Below, piece after piece: positions 8,327-20,637 of a stretch of DNA of 64,000 nt. This DNA is from the human T2T-CHM13v2.0 reference genome, Homo sapiens. The notes beneath the pieces were generated by a model. That model was not told where the DNA came from and did no database searches. It saw nothing but the letters and a program-made list of their open reading frames with translations. The DNA is taken from assembly GCF_009914755.1 (NCBI RefSeq), contig NC_060927.1. One strand, 5' to 3'. Made by a program: the position numbers and the translations under genes. Positions within the stretch are counted from its first letter, which is position 1, and each line of letters begins with the position of its first letter.

Positions 8327-11300
8327 CTGCCCAGAACATGCAATACCAGAAGTTAGACGCGGACATGAGGCTGGGGGTGCTGCCTGCCTGGTGCCACGCT
8401 GCTGCCACGGAGCCTGCACCCCTGCTGGGAGCAGGCACAGGTGCCGGGCCCACCTGCCCGCAGGAGCCAGGTGTGAGGGGTCGGAGGAGGGGCTCAGTGG
8501 GGAAGCCAGCAGCAGTGCAAGAATGAATTTTAAAAATAAAGTTTTCGAAAAGCAAAAAAAAAATTCTTTTTTAAACCAGCCCCAATTTTGTACTCCTCCT
8601 GGACCAGGAGTCTGTTGAGAGGGACCCTGGGGCTGAGGCATGTGTACAGGTGGGCCTGACGCCCCCAACTTGTGTGTTCACCCCTGACTCGGGTGAATGG
8701 GGAGGGGTGAGGGCAGCTTCCACATAGCTGCAAACAGCATGGCAGGTACTGCATGCCTACCTTCAGTGATTGCCATATATATGTGTATATCCGCACACAC
8801 ACATATATGCCCCCACCTCCTTGGCAGGACGAGCACTGAGGGTGAAGAGGAAACAACTTCACATCCCCGCTTCCTCCCAGCTGCCCGCAGGAGCTCAGTT
8901 TTGGTTTGTGCAGTGCCCTGGCCAGGGGCAGGAGACAGGGTTGGGGACTGCCGGAAACCGCCTTCCAGCTTGGGATTCCTCTGCTTGGTACCACCCCCCA
9001 AAGGGGCCACAAAGCCTTCCCTAAGCCAGGAGGTCTCTGCCAGCATCTTCGTCACGCCCCAGCGCAGAGCACACAGTAGGCACTCGGCATGCGGGGTCCG
9101 TCAGAGCAAGGCCAGGTCTTCCTCTTGGCTCTGGGTGCGTAGGGCCCAGGCCCGGCCTGGCCCCGCCCAGCCTCCACAGTCCCTCCTGAGGACTTCTCCG
9201 TGGATTTTTTGAGGAACACCAAGCCTGGAGCATGACGGGCCCAGCTCTCTGGGAGTGGGGATGGGAAGAGGGAGAGAGAAACAGTCCTCCCCACTTGACA
9301 CTCTAGAAGCTTCCATCTGGGCAGCATCACCATGTATTGAGCGCTGCGCTGGACATGTCAACCCTATAGGCGCCACTGTGTCCATATCAGAGAGAGGAAC
9401 ACTGAGGCCCAATTCTCACAGGCAGCAGGGTTCACACCCAGACCTGCTCACCCGACCGCCTCTAAGGCTGGATAACTTGGCCATGCTGCCTTCAGAGCTG
9501 GACCCTAGGCCGGGTTGGGCCCAGGAGCCTGGAAGAAGGAAGCAACTGCTGGGCCTCCCCACTGTGCCCCGTCCCCAGCCTCTGGGAAAGCTACTGCACC
9601 TCCCAGCTAGCCCAAGGCCACCAGCCAGTGACAGGTGGAGGAAGTGCTGTGGGCTTCGAGCGTCCCCGTGCCATCTGAATGTGCTGGGCTGTGCCTTGGC
9701 ATGGCTTCGGCCTGGGCATCACAGCACAGACTCAGGGGAGTCCAGTTCCTCTGCCTTGTCTGCTGACCCCAAACCAGAGGTCCAGGTGGGAGTTGGGGTC
9801 AGCAAAGGGCTTTGGGTGGCTCTGGCTTGTGTGACGTGGCCCTCAGAGACCACTACTGGGAAAGGGCCACACGGCACATCAGGGCAAGAGGGCTCAACAC
9901 CAGCTGCTGAAGACTAGGACAGCCAAGTAGAACCTTGGCCCTAATTCTCAGCCGGAAGTAAGAGGAGGCTCACATTTCCTTATTTTTCAGCCAGTGTGGG
10001 AAGAAGGGCTGACCTTTCTTCCCTTCCTGCCCAACACAGTGGTCCAGGGACATGGAGCAAAGTAGAGTCCAGCCTCCCAGGACATGGCCTCCCTCCTCCA
10101 CCCCCCTCTTGGGTGGCCACGGCCATCAGACACTCAGGACATTGTGGCGCCATGTGGAAATGTGGAGGGACAGAGCGCCAATGTCTCTAGGTTTTCAAAT
10201 CAGCTCTCTAGCCTACCCCTAACGCCTGGGACTCCTCTGGCTGACTAAAAACCAGGGCCAGAGGGGAGATGGCCTCCCCGTCTGTAACCGGCAACTCCTT
10301 CTGGCTGGCCTATAGCTTCTGACAGGACCTGGGCCAGCCCTGAAGGCTGGGGTTGGGGGTCCACATAGTGTCCCCACCTGGAGTTGAACATGGCCCTCCT
10401 TACCCTGCCCAACTTGGGTGAACACTTAGGAGTTCCTTACTTGGCTGTTTTGGAGTGACGCTGAGTGTCTTACAATCTACTTTCTCAATGTCTCAGGTCA
10501 GCAAGAGATGCAGGGTGACCCCAGGGCTCCCTCTGTGCTGAGTCCTAGAGCCCTGTGCTCACAGGTACACCCACAACCATAACTGCCCACAGCCAGCCGT
10601 GCAGATATCCCATGCGTACGCAGCCTCCCACACCTGCCCTGGTTCACCGGCTGATGAAGTCAGGCAGGCCAGAATAGTGGCTCACACCACACATGTGCTG
10701 ATCAGGCCAAGCCAGCCCTGGGCAGAGCCTGGAGGGACTTGGAACCATTTTTCTTGAAGGGCTCCCAGGATGATTCTTCACAACCTTTTCAGCTTCCTCA
10801 GAGTCAGGGCAGGGCGTAACGTGGCAGTGCTCTCCTGCCCACCCAGGATCCTCGTCCTGTGACCCTCAACAATGCTGTGGTTGGGCTGGTGGCCTTGCTC
10901 AGTGTCAGTGACCATAACAGAAATGATAGCTATGCACACTCGGCCGGCGCTGCCTGAGCCAGGCATGCCTGAAAGGCTTTCCATGCATCGACTCCTTCGC
11001 TGCAGCTGGGGAAACGGGCCCACAGGGTCTGACCGCTAGAGAGGGCAGGCGGAGGTGGGGGATGAGCTCAGGCTGTCTGATTCTGGCATCTGCGTGCTGC
11101 ACCATGTTCTCTGCTGGGCCTGACATGGTGGGGAGGGATGTGGCCAGGGCAAGAGGAAGCACCACCCTCTCTGGGCCCTGGCCTGCTTCACACGTGGCAG
11201 GGGCGCTTCTCTGTCCACCCACCACTGGTGCCTGTCACTGCTCCCCTGTAACGGGACATGGAGACTGCTGCAGGCAGGTCCTCTCCGTAAGGACTCAGAG

Positions 11301-12449
11301 CTGGGCAGCTTGGCCAGGGAGGGGCAGGAGGGCCGCTGGGGGCCACTGGTCAGTGTCCATCACCACTTGGCTGAACCCTGTTTCCACAGTCCTTGCTGGG
11401 TCCTTGGTCTTGGGTCAGCAGGACTCTTGTGCCGCTGGAATGAGCACCGGGTGGGGAGTCTTAGCCCAAGGGAGACCAGGGCTGAGACGCCAGGCAATGC
11501 ACTGCAGTGGGGCCGGCGCCAGCCCCCTTCCCTCTAACTCTTGGCACAACAGAGGCTTCTGCAGTCTCCTGAGGATGGGTTCCTTCAGGCACCATCTACG
11601 GCCACTTCATCAGTCCCCTGGCTTCATGTCTGTGGTATGTCCTCCTTTGGATGGATGTCGAGTGCAGACCTGGGACAGCTGCTCTCAGGGTCTCCTGCCC
11701 CAGGAGCAGTGACGTGTCAAACATGGAGGGGACACTGTCCGCAGGCTCACCTCTTCCACAAGCTCATCGTGGTGTTTCAGGCTCAGTGCTGTGAGGGCCG
11801 TGGTGAGTGAGGTGGGGCCATGCTGCCGCTGGGGAGCTTGCAGCCCCCATCTGGTCCAGAGCACATCTGACCTTTCCTGCTGCCAGCCCTGCCCCTCCCC
11901 AGGAAGGCTGCCAGCACCTGCCTGTCCCGATGGGAGATCACAGGTGGCCTCTCCCCAGCCTGGGGCCTCGGCAGCTGCCTGGACTCAAACCCCACCTCGC
12001 TTCACCCCCAAACCTTTCGGGGTACAGGGGGGTCCCTGAGATCTGTTCCTCCTTTTGTTTCAATGGCAGGCCCAGGGTGGGGTCTCAGTCCCTATTGTCC
12101 GTCTGAGCTCAGAATTCCCAAATGACAACAGCAATCGTCACACTACATGAAAGCAGCTGGCCGTGGGCCCACCCCTCACACGAACCTGGGGCCGGCACGT
12201 GGCTGTCCAACCCCCAAGCTCTGGCAGAGGGTGGACAGCTGAGGTCCTGACTGCTGGGCCCTGGGGCGGATGGCGCTCAAGGGCCTCGGTTCTGGCAGAA
12301 CTGCTGCTGCCTGAGAGGGGCTAAGGGAAGGGAGAGGGCAGGGCCTGTCACACTGCACAAACTCAAACGGAGGCTCTAGCCCACAGCCTGCAGAGGCCCA
12401 AAGCAGTCCAGTGACATTTAGCTGTGTTTCACAAGGCCACTGGGGAAAC

Positions 12450-12660
12450 CAGTGGTTCTCAACCAGGGATGATTCTGTCCCCCAGGGGATACCTGGCAAT
12501 TTCTGGAGACATCAGTGACTGTCATGACAGGGAAGATATTACTGGCAACCAGTAGTAGAGGCCAGGAATGCGAGTAAACATCTTGCCAAGCCCGGGACGG
12601 TCCCCCAGCAAGGAGTCACTTGGCCCAAAATGTCAATCAAGCCGAGGTTGAGAAGCCCTG
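12450..12660 (+). mobile_element. MER20 (hAT-Charlie MITE), apparently full length
   Basis: TIRs cagtggttctcaacc / ggttgagaagccctg; internal gtagaggccagg..tgc..taaacatc and ggcccaaaatgtcaat. Confidence 0.85.
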
Positions 12661-13852
12661 GGTTCAACCCTCATGCTGGCAACTGGCAATGAATTTCTGA
12701 TTTTTTTACCATGGCAAATAATAATAATAATGACAAAACGAAAACAAAGGAAAAAATCCAACTTAAAGGGCAGACTCCAAAGGGCCTGAGAGGGACTAAG
12801 CTGAGGGGAGGCAAGGCTGCTGACGGGCAGGTGCGGGAGGGAGTCCTAAGGTGGGGCAGGTGGGGCAGGCAACCCCAGGAATGGGGGGGTCTTCCCAAAA
12901 CAGGCACACCAGGCTCCTGGGGCAGACCTGCGTGGGACAAGCTGGGCCACTGCAGCCCCAGGCAGTCCCCGGGGCCCCTCCTGGGAGAAGCTCGCTGACT
13001 GGTGGACAGACTGTTCGGCGGAGGGCGGCTATGATACCCTCCCGTACACTCCTTGAGCAGCAACACAGCCTGCAGCGGCACGAGCCGGCACCCACCGGTC
13101 GGCCAGTGCCTCTTTTCTCTCCTGCCCCACAAGGGAGAGCCTGGGCCACAGCTGCTGGCAAAAGCCCCTGAGCCTTGCTGCTCCCGGTGCCCCACTCCCA
13201 GGAATGTAGGCAGTTTCAGGGGTGCTGCTTGCTTGGGGGTTAAACAGCTGGCAGCAAATTAAACACACACAGAAACAAAGAAACAACCACAACATCACAG
13301 TTCCCACCAGGGCTTTCCCGGACCCCGGAGCCAGCCCTGGCTGCTGCTCAATGGCCTCTGGGCTGGACGAGGCCCGGGTTTCCCAGGAGAGGAGGCCCCG
13401 CAGGGAAAGCAAGACCGGGGACAGTGGGCAAGGGGGCGCCAGACAGATTAGAGGGTTCCGCGCAAGTTCATTCATCAGCATGAAGCACAGGGACGCGGCC
13501 GCACAGAGAGCACGGGACACAGCCGCCGGCTCACTCGGGCTAGAGCGACTTCCCAGATCAATAAACAAGTAAATAAAACCCCTGGAAGAAGAAAGGGAAA
13601 ATGGGGGTGACTTCCCCAGCTAATTCGTGTGCAATGCCTTTCTTTTTGACGTTTGGGTCCTGTTTCCCTGTGTCTTTTTGGGGCGCCCTTTCTGTATGTC
13701 ACACGCTGCTCTGCTTTGCGGAAGGTCAGGGGAAATGCCGCACTGGCTTCGCCGCAGGCCCTGCCCCGCGTGATGCATGCCCTGAATGCAGACGCCCTGC
13801 CTCGGTCTTGCATGCGCTGGGCTAGCAAGGTGGTTCTAGGCCAAGCTCTTAC

Positions 13853-14029
13853 CGGCTTCCGAGAGGTCCCGCAGGGAGCTGCTGAGGGCGCTGCGCTTGA
13901 GGCCCTCACCGCTGGCATAGCTGTCGTCCAGGCAGGCCCGGCTCAGTGTTCCGTTGCCCGACTCCTTTTTGAGGCTAGAGCACTGGGACATGCTGGGCCG
14001 CACGACGCCTTTCTGCTTCTCGAGCTCCG
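13853..14029 (-). CDS. IQSEC1: IQSEC1 exon E12 (177 nt; ELEKQKG...RDLSEA)
   Basis: gttccag|CG GAG CTC ... GCC G|gtaaga; phase 1 to 1. Confidence 0.96.
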
Positions 14030-14383
14030 CTGGAACAGAGAGGGTGAGGGTCCTGGTGAGAGGAGCACAGCCTAGAGTGGGCAGGAGACGGGGCCTTCTG
14101 CTTGGAGCTAGCACTGTCCTGAGCCACCATCTGCTTGGAATGGGGAAGGGTTGTTTCTGGGAAAGAGGGTGTGATGGCCACCCTGGACAAAAGAGCAGAA
14201 AGGAGATCCCAGGAGGGAGGCTAGAGAGACCAGAGGGCCTTGTGACCTGCAGGAAGGATAGTCACCTTCCAGGCTCGGGAGTGGACAGGGAGGCACAGAC
14301 TTGCCTGGGTCTGAGAGATGAGCAAAGATTAGCCAGGGTCTTCCACAGAGAGGGCAGTGGTAGGGAGTCCCATGTGCCTCCAA

Positions 14384-14421
14384 GGAGTAGACCTGGAGCC
14401 AGGGAGTAGACCTGGAGCCAG
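14384..14421. repeat. 19-bp tandem duplication
   Basis: ggagtagacctggagccag x2. Confidence 0.9.
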
Positions 14422-14776
14422 GGATGGCCTTGGCTGTGTGACCCATCAGTCGGTTGAGCCTGATGCAGAAGATGACGAGGTGCAGAGAGGCCAGCTGGGA
14501 ACTCTGCGGGCTCTTGCGCACGGGATGACCAGAGAGCCAGGGTCTTTTGATGGACATACAACAGGCAACAGGTAGGGCGGGTCCTGGATTGGACTCCCTC
14601 TGTGCCTCCTGCAGCCTGGGAACACAGACTGCCCCATCATGTGGCCATAGGGAAGGCCAGAAAAGACTGGGGGACATCTTGTCTCTGTGAGCTCAGAAGT
14701 CACTGCCCTGACATGGGGAGGCAAGTGCCAGAGTCTGGCAAGTCTCGGCCTTCTGTCCATGAGGCCTGGTACTCAC

Positions 14777-14938
14777 ACTCTATCCTGTGCTTCTCCATCT
14801 CTTGGACTTCCGCAATGGACTCCCGCAGGTCATCGGTGAATTTCTTCCGGTCTTGAGGGTTGGGGGCGTTGAAGTTTATTAACACTTTGATATCTGCTCC
14901 GGGGACAGACGAGGTGAGCCGGATGCCATTGGGGTAGT
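14777..14938 (-). CDS. IQSEC1: IQSEC1 exon E11 (162 nt; end of PH and coiled coil, YPNGIRL...EKHRIE)
   Basis: ttttgcag|AC TAC CCC ... GAG T|gtgagt; phase 1 to 1. Confidence 0.97.
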
Positions 14939-15614
14939 CTGCAAAAGGGAAGGAGAGGGGAGGAGGCCCACGGGTCTCAGTGTGTTCTCTGCAATCTCCT
15001 CTCTGGTCAGGAAACAATGGTAGGGCTGAGTTGTGCGTGAGCCTGGGATAAGTGCCGGGAGTCCAGCCTCCGCAGTGGCAGGCTGCAGGGGTGCAGAGCA
15101 ACCTCATCTCCCGACTTGGGAAAGATGGTCTGTGTCGCTCCACATGTGACTCAGGGACAAAAGTGGTCGAGCTCAGGGGAGGCTGCTGGGGCCGCGTCCT
15201 GGAGGAGGACAGAGGTTGCGTCCTGAGAAAGGTGGGAGTCTTCTCTAGTCATCTCAGTTCTGGACAGCAGTGAGCGCCATATTCTCCCGAATGGCCTGTG
15301 GCCCACAGCTCCCATGGGGTGCACTATGGGCACTCCACAGCCAAGGAACCCTGTGCCCAGACCTGCCTGGTGCCACCTCCGGGCTCTCAGGGTCCCTGGG
15401 GCTTTGGTCTCCTGGCGGTGCTGCTCCGGCAGTGGGAGTCACTGGCAGAGCATCAGCCACTGGATGTTTGAAGGTTCTTGGACCAAGTACCAATCCCACC
15501 TTGGCTCAGACCAGGTGGGCCTGTGGGCAGCTGCAGAGTGCTCCTGTGTGCATATGTGTGCACATGTATGTATATGCAGCCCATTACTGCCACGTGGGAA
15601 CATGTGCCTAGTGA

Positions 15615-15760
15615 CACCAAACCTTCTGATTTTCAGAGAGGCCCAAAATATCTACATTTTGATGTAGAGACTGGCTCAGCAAACTTTTTAAAAATATGCA
15701 AACCATATAAAAGATAACTGAGCTGGGCCTGCCTCCCAGGCTGTCAGTTTGAGACCCCTG
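15615..15760. mobile_element. MER103-like hAT fragment
   Basis: ttttcagagaggcccaaaatatctacattttgatgt...cagtttgagacccctg. Confidence 0.45.
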
Positions 15761-17132
15761 GAATGACGGCATGTCCTATAGAAGCTGCAGGCTTGGCTCT
15801 TGCCAGCACCCGGCACCCACGATCTAAGGCCAAGCCCTGGGACCATAGACATGATCCAGGTGCAGCCTCTGCCCTGATGGTCCACAGTGGTCCTGGCCCC
15901 CTGCTGGGAGCTTTGCTGCCAGGATCTCACTAAGTTCCCACCCTAGCCCTGGGCAGCAGGGGTCAATGCCACCATCTCAGAGAGCAGGCTACTGCTGGTC
16001 AGGACAATGTGGGGATGGCACTGGCCTCCCCTGGGACCAAGGCAAGGCATGACTTGCAGCCTGCGATGGGACAGGAATGGCAGGAGGTGGGGAGGCGGCC
16101 AGGGCAGGCATGCCGTGCCCCTTGTTGGGCACGTGGGGAGCAGGGCATACAGGGAGTGCAGGGTCTCCTACCGGGCTGTCCCTGGTCCCACTGAAGACTG
16201 AAGGGGACAGAGAGCCCCAGATCCAGGCGCAAGGCCTGTGGTTTTGGATGGTCCAGCTGCAGGTCCCTGACACTGTTCTAATCCGCAGATGGAAGGCTGA
16301 TTAGACAGACAGTGACACCTAGTTCTGAGAGGATAAGGGACCCCTACTGCTCAAGCACGGACACTCAGCTTCTTTCCCTAGGACACTCCAGGTGGCCCCC
16401 TGCTCCCCAGCCCAGGAGGACTGGCTCAGCCTCCAACAGGGAAGGGACAAAGGAGGGGGAAGAGAAGCCGTGGAGAGTGAAAGGAGCAAGGTAAAATGGA
16501 AGCCAGTGGGGTGCTGCAGGTGTGAGCCTCCCAAACTCCCAGGTCCCCAGGCCTCACCCAGGGCCTTCCAGCAGGGCATCAAAATTAACCCTTGCAAAGC
16601 ACTGTGTTCCGGCAGCTATGATGGGGGCCCTGTGGCAGGCACTACCTTACAACCCAGGCAACAGAGGCCAGAGGGGTTGCAGAGCCAGGCCACACAGCAG
16701 TTGAGCCAGAGCTGGGATCTGACCCAGGCTGAGGGGCTCAGTTCTTCACTTCCGCGGACACTCATGGGTTGCTGTCACCTGTGTTCTGGGCCATGTTTGC
16801 ATATCACCTATGACTTAATGTTTTTCTATCAACATTTACATAAATGTATTTCTGCCATAAATTTAAAAATCTTATCACCTGCAAGAAACGAAGTACCAGT
16901 AAAAGCAAACTGAGTGTCTGTCCAGTGTTATTACATGAGGCTCAGCTGACTGATGGGCCTCTTGAGGGTCTGTGCCTACAGCTCACCGGAGCTCCTAGCT
17001 GCAATCTGCTCTCTGGGGATAAAACAGGGGTGAGCGTCGAAGCCCCCCGCGGTTCTGTCCTCGAAGCAGCCAGGAGAAAGAGCGTAAGCTGGGACATGCG
17101 CTCTTCCAGGCAGGCCCTGGGGGCAGACTTAC

Positions 17133-17232
17133 ACTGGTTCTCGAAGAGCAGGACCTGCATGCCGTACAAGGAGAAGGACTGTCGGAAGCTGTACGTCACC
17201 GAGTTCTTCTTCTTCTGGAAGATCTTGGTGAC
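17133..17232 (-). CDS. IQSEC1: IQSEC1 exon E10 (100 nt; PH, VTKIFQKKKNS...FENQ)
   Basis: ctctag|GTC ACC ... CAG T|gtaagt; phase 0 to 1. Confidence 0.97.
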
Positions 17233-18031
17233 CTAGAGGCAGCCAGAGACAGAGCTGAGCTACAGTGTCTCGGGGGGCACTGACTATGTGGGACCTCTGG
17301 TCAGAGGATCCTCCTGGAGTTCAAAGTCAGGAGGACAGGGACAAGCCCACGTGAGTGGAGGGCATGGGCTTCCACTCCAAGACTCGGACAACGGTTCCTG
17401 TCCCCGCAACCCCGATGCCATCTTGGCTGGCAACAAAGCCCCACAACCTGACATAGAGGCGGTAGGCACTTCACAGCACGGAGCCCCCTCAAGTGCCTTC
17501 TCACAGCCAGGTGAGGTGTACACACCCGGGGCTTGGCACCTTGAGGGGCAGGAATGGACAGGTGGTGCTCACTAGCGCTGACCTTGGTAAGAAGCCATGG
17601 CTTCCTTTCTCGGGAACAACCAGAGTGTGAAGCTATGCCTGGTGATGGCCTGCAGGGAGACTGGCCCCTGGGCTAGCGACGTGATCCCTGAATCCCAGCT
17701 GGCCCGCCACGGTCCTTGGCTGCTATTCTGGTCTACAGTAGGAAAGGAACTTTCCAGTGTGGCAGCCAAAGGCTGGGCTGGGAGGGGAGAGGGGAGCTCA
17801 CATCTCCCCGGTCTCCAGGGCATGCCAGGCACCATGTAAGGTCTTACGTCCAGGACCTCACTGGACCCCTGCCACCTTCTGAGAGATTCATCTTACAGAG
17901 GAGGAAACTGAGGCTCAGAGATGTGAAGGGATTCGCTCAAGGTCAGGAGTTCTTCATAAAGGATTTGAACTTACACGTCTGATTTCAACATCAGTGGTCA
18001 GAGAGGGTTAGCCAGTCCTCATACCCAATCA

Positions 18032-18200
<169 letters not shown>

Positions 18201-18269
18201 GAACATGGGCATCTTTGGCAAGAAAGCCCGTGGCATGCAGGGGTACAGAAATCCAAAGGACAAGCTCTC

Positions 18270-18800
18270 CCTTCTCTCTGCAGTGGGCACTTCTGCCCCC
18301 ATCTGGCTAGCATCCATGCCACCTTTTTTTCTGGCAAGAGCTCCCCAGTTTCCTTTTGGGGAAACCTCCAGCCCTTGTTTCCTTCAGTCCATAGGTCTTG
18401 CAGGGACCAGCTCAGGGCTCCAGGAGGTGGGGCTTGGGACCTAGGCCTAGCCAATCAGAAAGCACTGCACCTGCCTGGCCTGGAGAGGCTTAGGGAGGGA
18501 TGTGCAGCGACAAGCGCTAACTCTGCAACCTCTGCTCAGTCTAGGAAGAGGATTCTACAGTTGCTCAGCAGACAGGATCAGGTCTGGAGCTGCTGGGGCC
18601 ACCTTCCCCTTCCTGGACAGAGCCTGTCTGAGGAAGGGGCCTGCCCGAGGAAGCGTCACACAAGGTACAGGTGCAGACAGCACACAGGAGTGCTGCTGAC
18701 GTTGGCAGAGGCTCTGGAAACAGCTGGTACTAAAGCCAAAGATCTCCCTCTGGACCTGTGCATGAGCCAATGAAGTCTGTCTTCATGTGCATCAGTGTGA
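18270..18800 (+). mobile_element. Old MLT1-type MaLR LTR
   Basis: ctaggcctagccaatcag...ggagctgctggggccacc...catgagccaatgaag; subfamily uncertain. Confidence 0.5.
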
Positions 18801-18931
18801 AAGACACCAGGCAAACCCTCCCTTTTGCACCCCCACATGCATGCACATCTTCCCCACGCAGACAGCCAGACGTGGACCCTGGGCTCAGGCTTGAGGTCCC
18901 TGCTACAATGCCTTGTGGGTGAGCCACATAC

Positions 18932-19057
18932 CACCAGGAGGTCGTTGAACAGGAAGATTTCTCGCTGGTGTAGTCCGAGTTTCTGGGGCTTGTTTGGGTC
19001 TGGAACCTCAAAGAGCCGGCAGTAGCAGACCAACCGACGGTGGGGCAGAGAGAGCAC
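18932..19057 (-). CDS. IQSEC1: IQSEC1 exon E9 (126 nt; PH domain, VLSLPHRR...FNDLLV)
   Basis: acacag|GTG CTC ... CTG GTG|gtatgt; phase 0 to 0. Confidence 0.97.
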
Positions 19058-20607
19058 CTGTGTGGGAAGAGGCTGTCCTGCCACGGCCGCCCAGCTCTCC
19101 TCTAGGAGCCCTGGGGGCCGCAGTGGAGAAGTCTAGCCCTTCAAGCTAGAAACCCGGCACGTGGGCCTTGAGTTAAAAAATGCCTTCCCTCACAGACATT
19201 GAAGAGCAGATACGTCTTTTGGCTCATGGCAGTTTCCCGTACTCTGTTCTCAGGAGCCACTATTTAAAATCCCGTATCTCTGCTCTCCTGAAGGACTAGG
19301 GACGTGCCCCAGCTTCTGCTGAGACCTCCTTTCCATTCTTTTGGGCAGGTACCAGGCTTCTTAAACTATCACGTTCACCTGGGAGCCTCTGGCCAGACAG
19401 CGAGTCACATTTTGAGTCCCCACAAGTGCCGGTCATAAACATGAGGCCACTCAGCCCTGCAAAAGTCTTTACAGAGAGAATCTGCTCTAGATGAGGAAAA
19501 ACTGAGGCACAGAAGTAACGACAAAACTAGGAAGTGGCAGAGCCAGGATCCAATTCCAGGCCCCAGGACTTTTCCCACCCAACCAAGCCTCCCCATAAAA
19601 GATTCCTATGGTCCTGATGCCTGAAAGACTCTCCAAAATCCTGAGCCAGCAGCCAACACTCTGTGGCACTTGCCCTGGACCCGTCCTCTGCTCCCCACAG
19701 CTACCCTGAACATGCCCCTGACAGCTCACGAAAGCTCCCAACACGGTCATAGCTCCAGCTGCCCTTGAGGCCCAATGCCTCAGGGCGAGGGATGAGCCAT
19801 CAGGGCCTGGCTCTGGGAGTGCCCAGGTTCATGCAGGATGGGGGAGGCGGTCAAAGGGGTGGGATCCCCGGGATCACCGTCCTGAGGCCAGAGGCTTGAC
19901 TCTACCAGGGGTGCTCTAGGCCAGGGCTGCCTGAGTTTGGCACATCTGGGGGTTAAGATGAGGGGGAAAATGTGGCCCAGCCTGGAGTGCTTAGGTTGCA
20001 AAGGTATGAAGGAGAGAGGATGGGAGGGTTCGGGGAGCACTGGCTGGAGGTGGGAGGGGACTGGTCTCTTGCAGGGGAAGCTGGGGAGGGTGAGGGCAGG
20101 CAGAGCGGCTTTCAGGACTGAGGGACAAAGCCAGTCCACAAGGAGGGTCATGGTGAGCAGCCCAGTCACCCTGTGTGCATGTGTCCTGGGGCGTGTGGGC
20201 ACACCACAAAGCTATGGCAGAGGACGGGTCCTGGGGGTGAGGAGGCAGGCACTGGGAGAGCCTGGGGCATGGGATGTGGGGGACAGAGCACAGAGCAGGG
20301 CCAGGTAGCGGACAGGGCAGGGCCTCAGAGGACACACCGGGGTCTGTTTCAGGCGCAGGGTCTGGGGGCTGGGCTCAACAGGGCGTCAACAAGAGGGAGC
20401 AGGAGTCTCCCCTGACAGCACAGCCTCAGGGCCTGCAGAGATCTGAGGCTGGGGTAATTACGAACATCTGATTCTCAGCACCCCAGCAATGAACTCAAGC
20501 AGCCAGCACTTGGGCTCTGGGAGCCTGGGGAGCCAGCGGACTGGCTGATGCTGGGCCTCCCCAGGGCGGCGGGCTACCCACAAAGGTAAAACCAGAGAAA
20601 TACTCAC

Positions 20608-20637
20608 ACAGCCGAGCCCGGGATGCAGGGATCCGAT
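20608..20637 (-). CDS. IQSEC1: IQSEC1 30-nt microexon E8 (IGSLHPGLGC)
   Basis: ttctcccgcag|ATC GGA TCC CTG CAT CCC GGG CTC GGC TGT|gtgagt; symmetric phase 0; peptide recalled from IQSEC1; not resolved in the ORF track. Confidence 0.92.

Noticed and set aside
9255-11712. ORFs of 216-220 aa, and similar ones at 28181, 30324, 32596 and 52954
   Set aside because: Composition typical of random GC-rich translation; no recognisable homology or exon logic
13836-13852. E12 read-through end (...SEAGKSLA*)
   Set aside because: Needs intron retention or an intronic poly(A) site; no nearby minus-strand AATAAA seen
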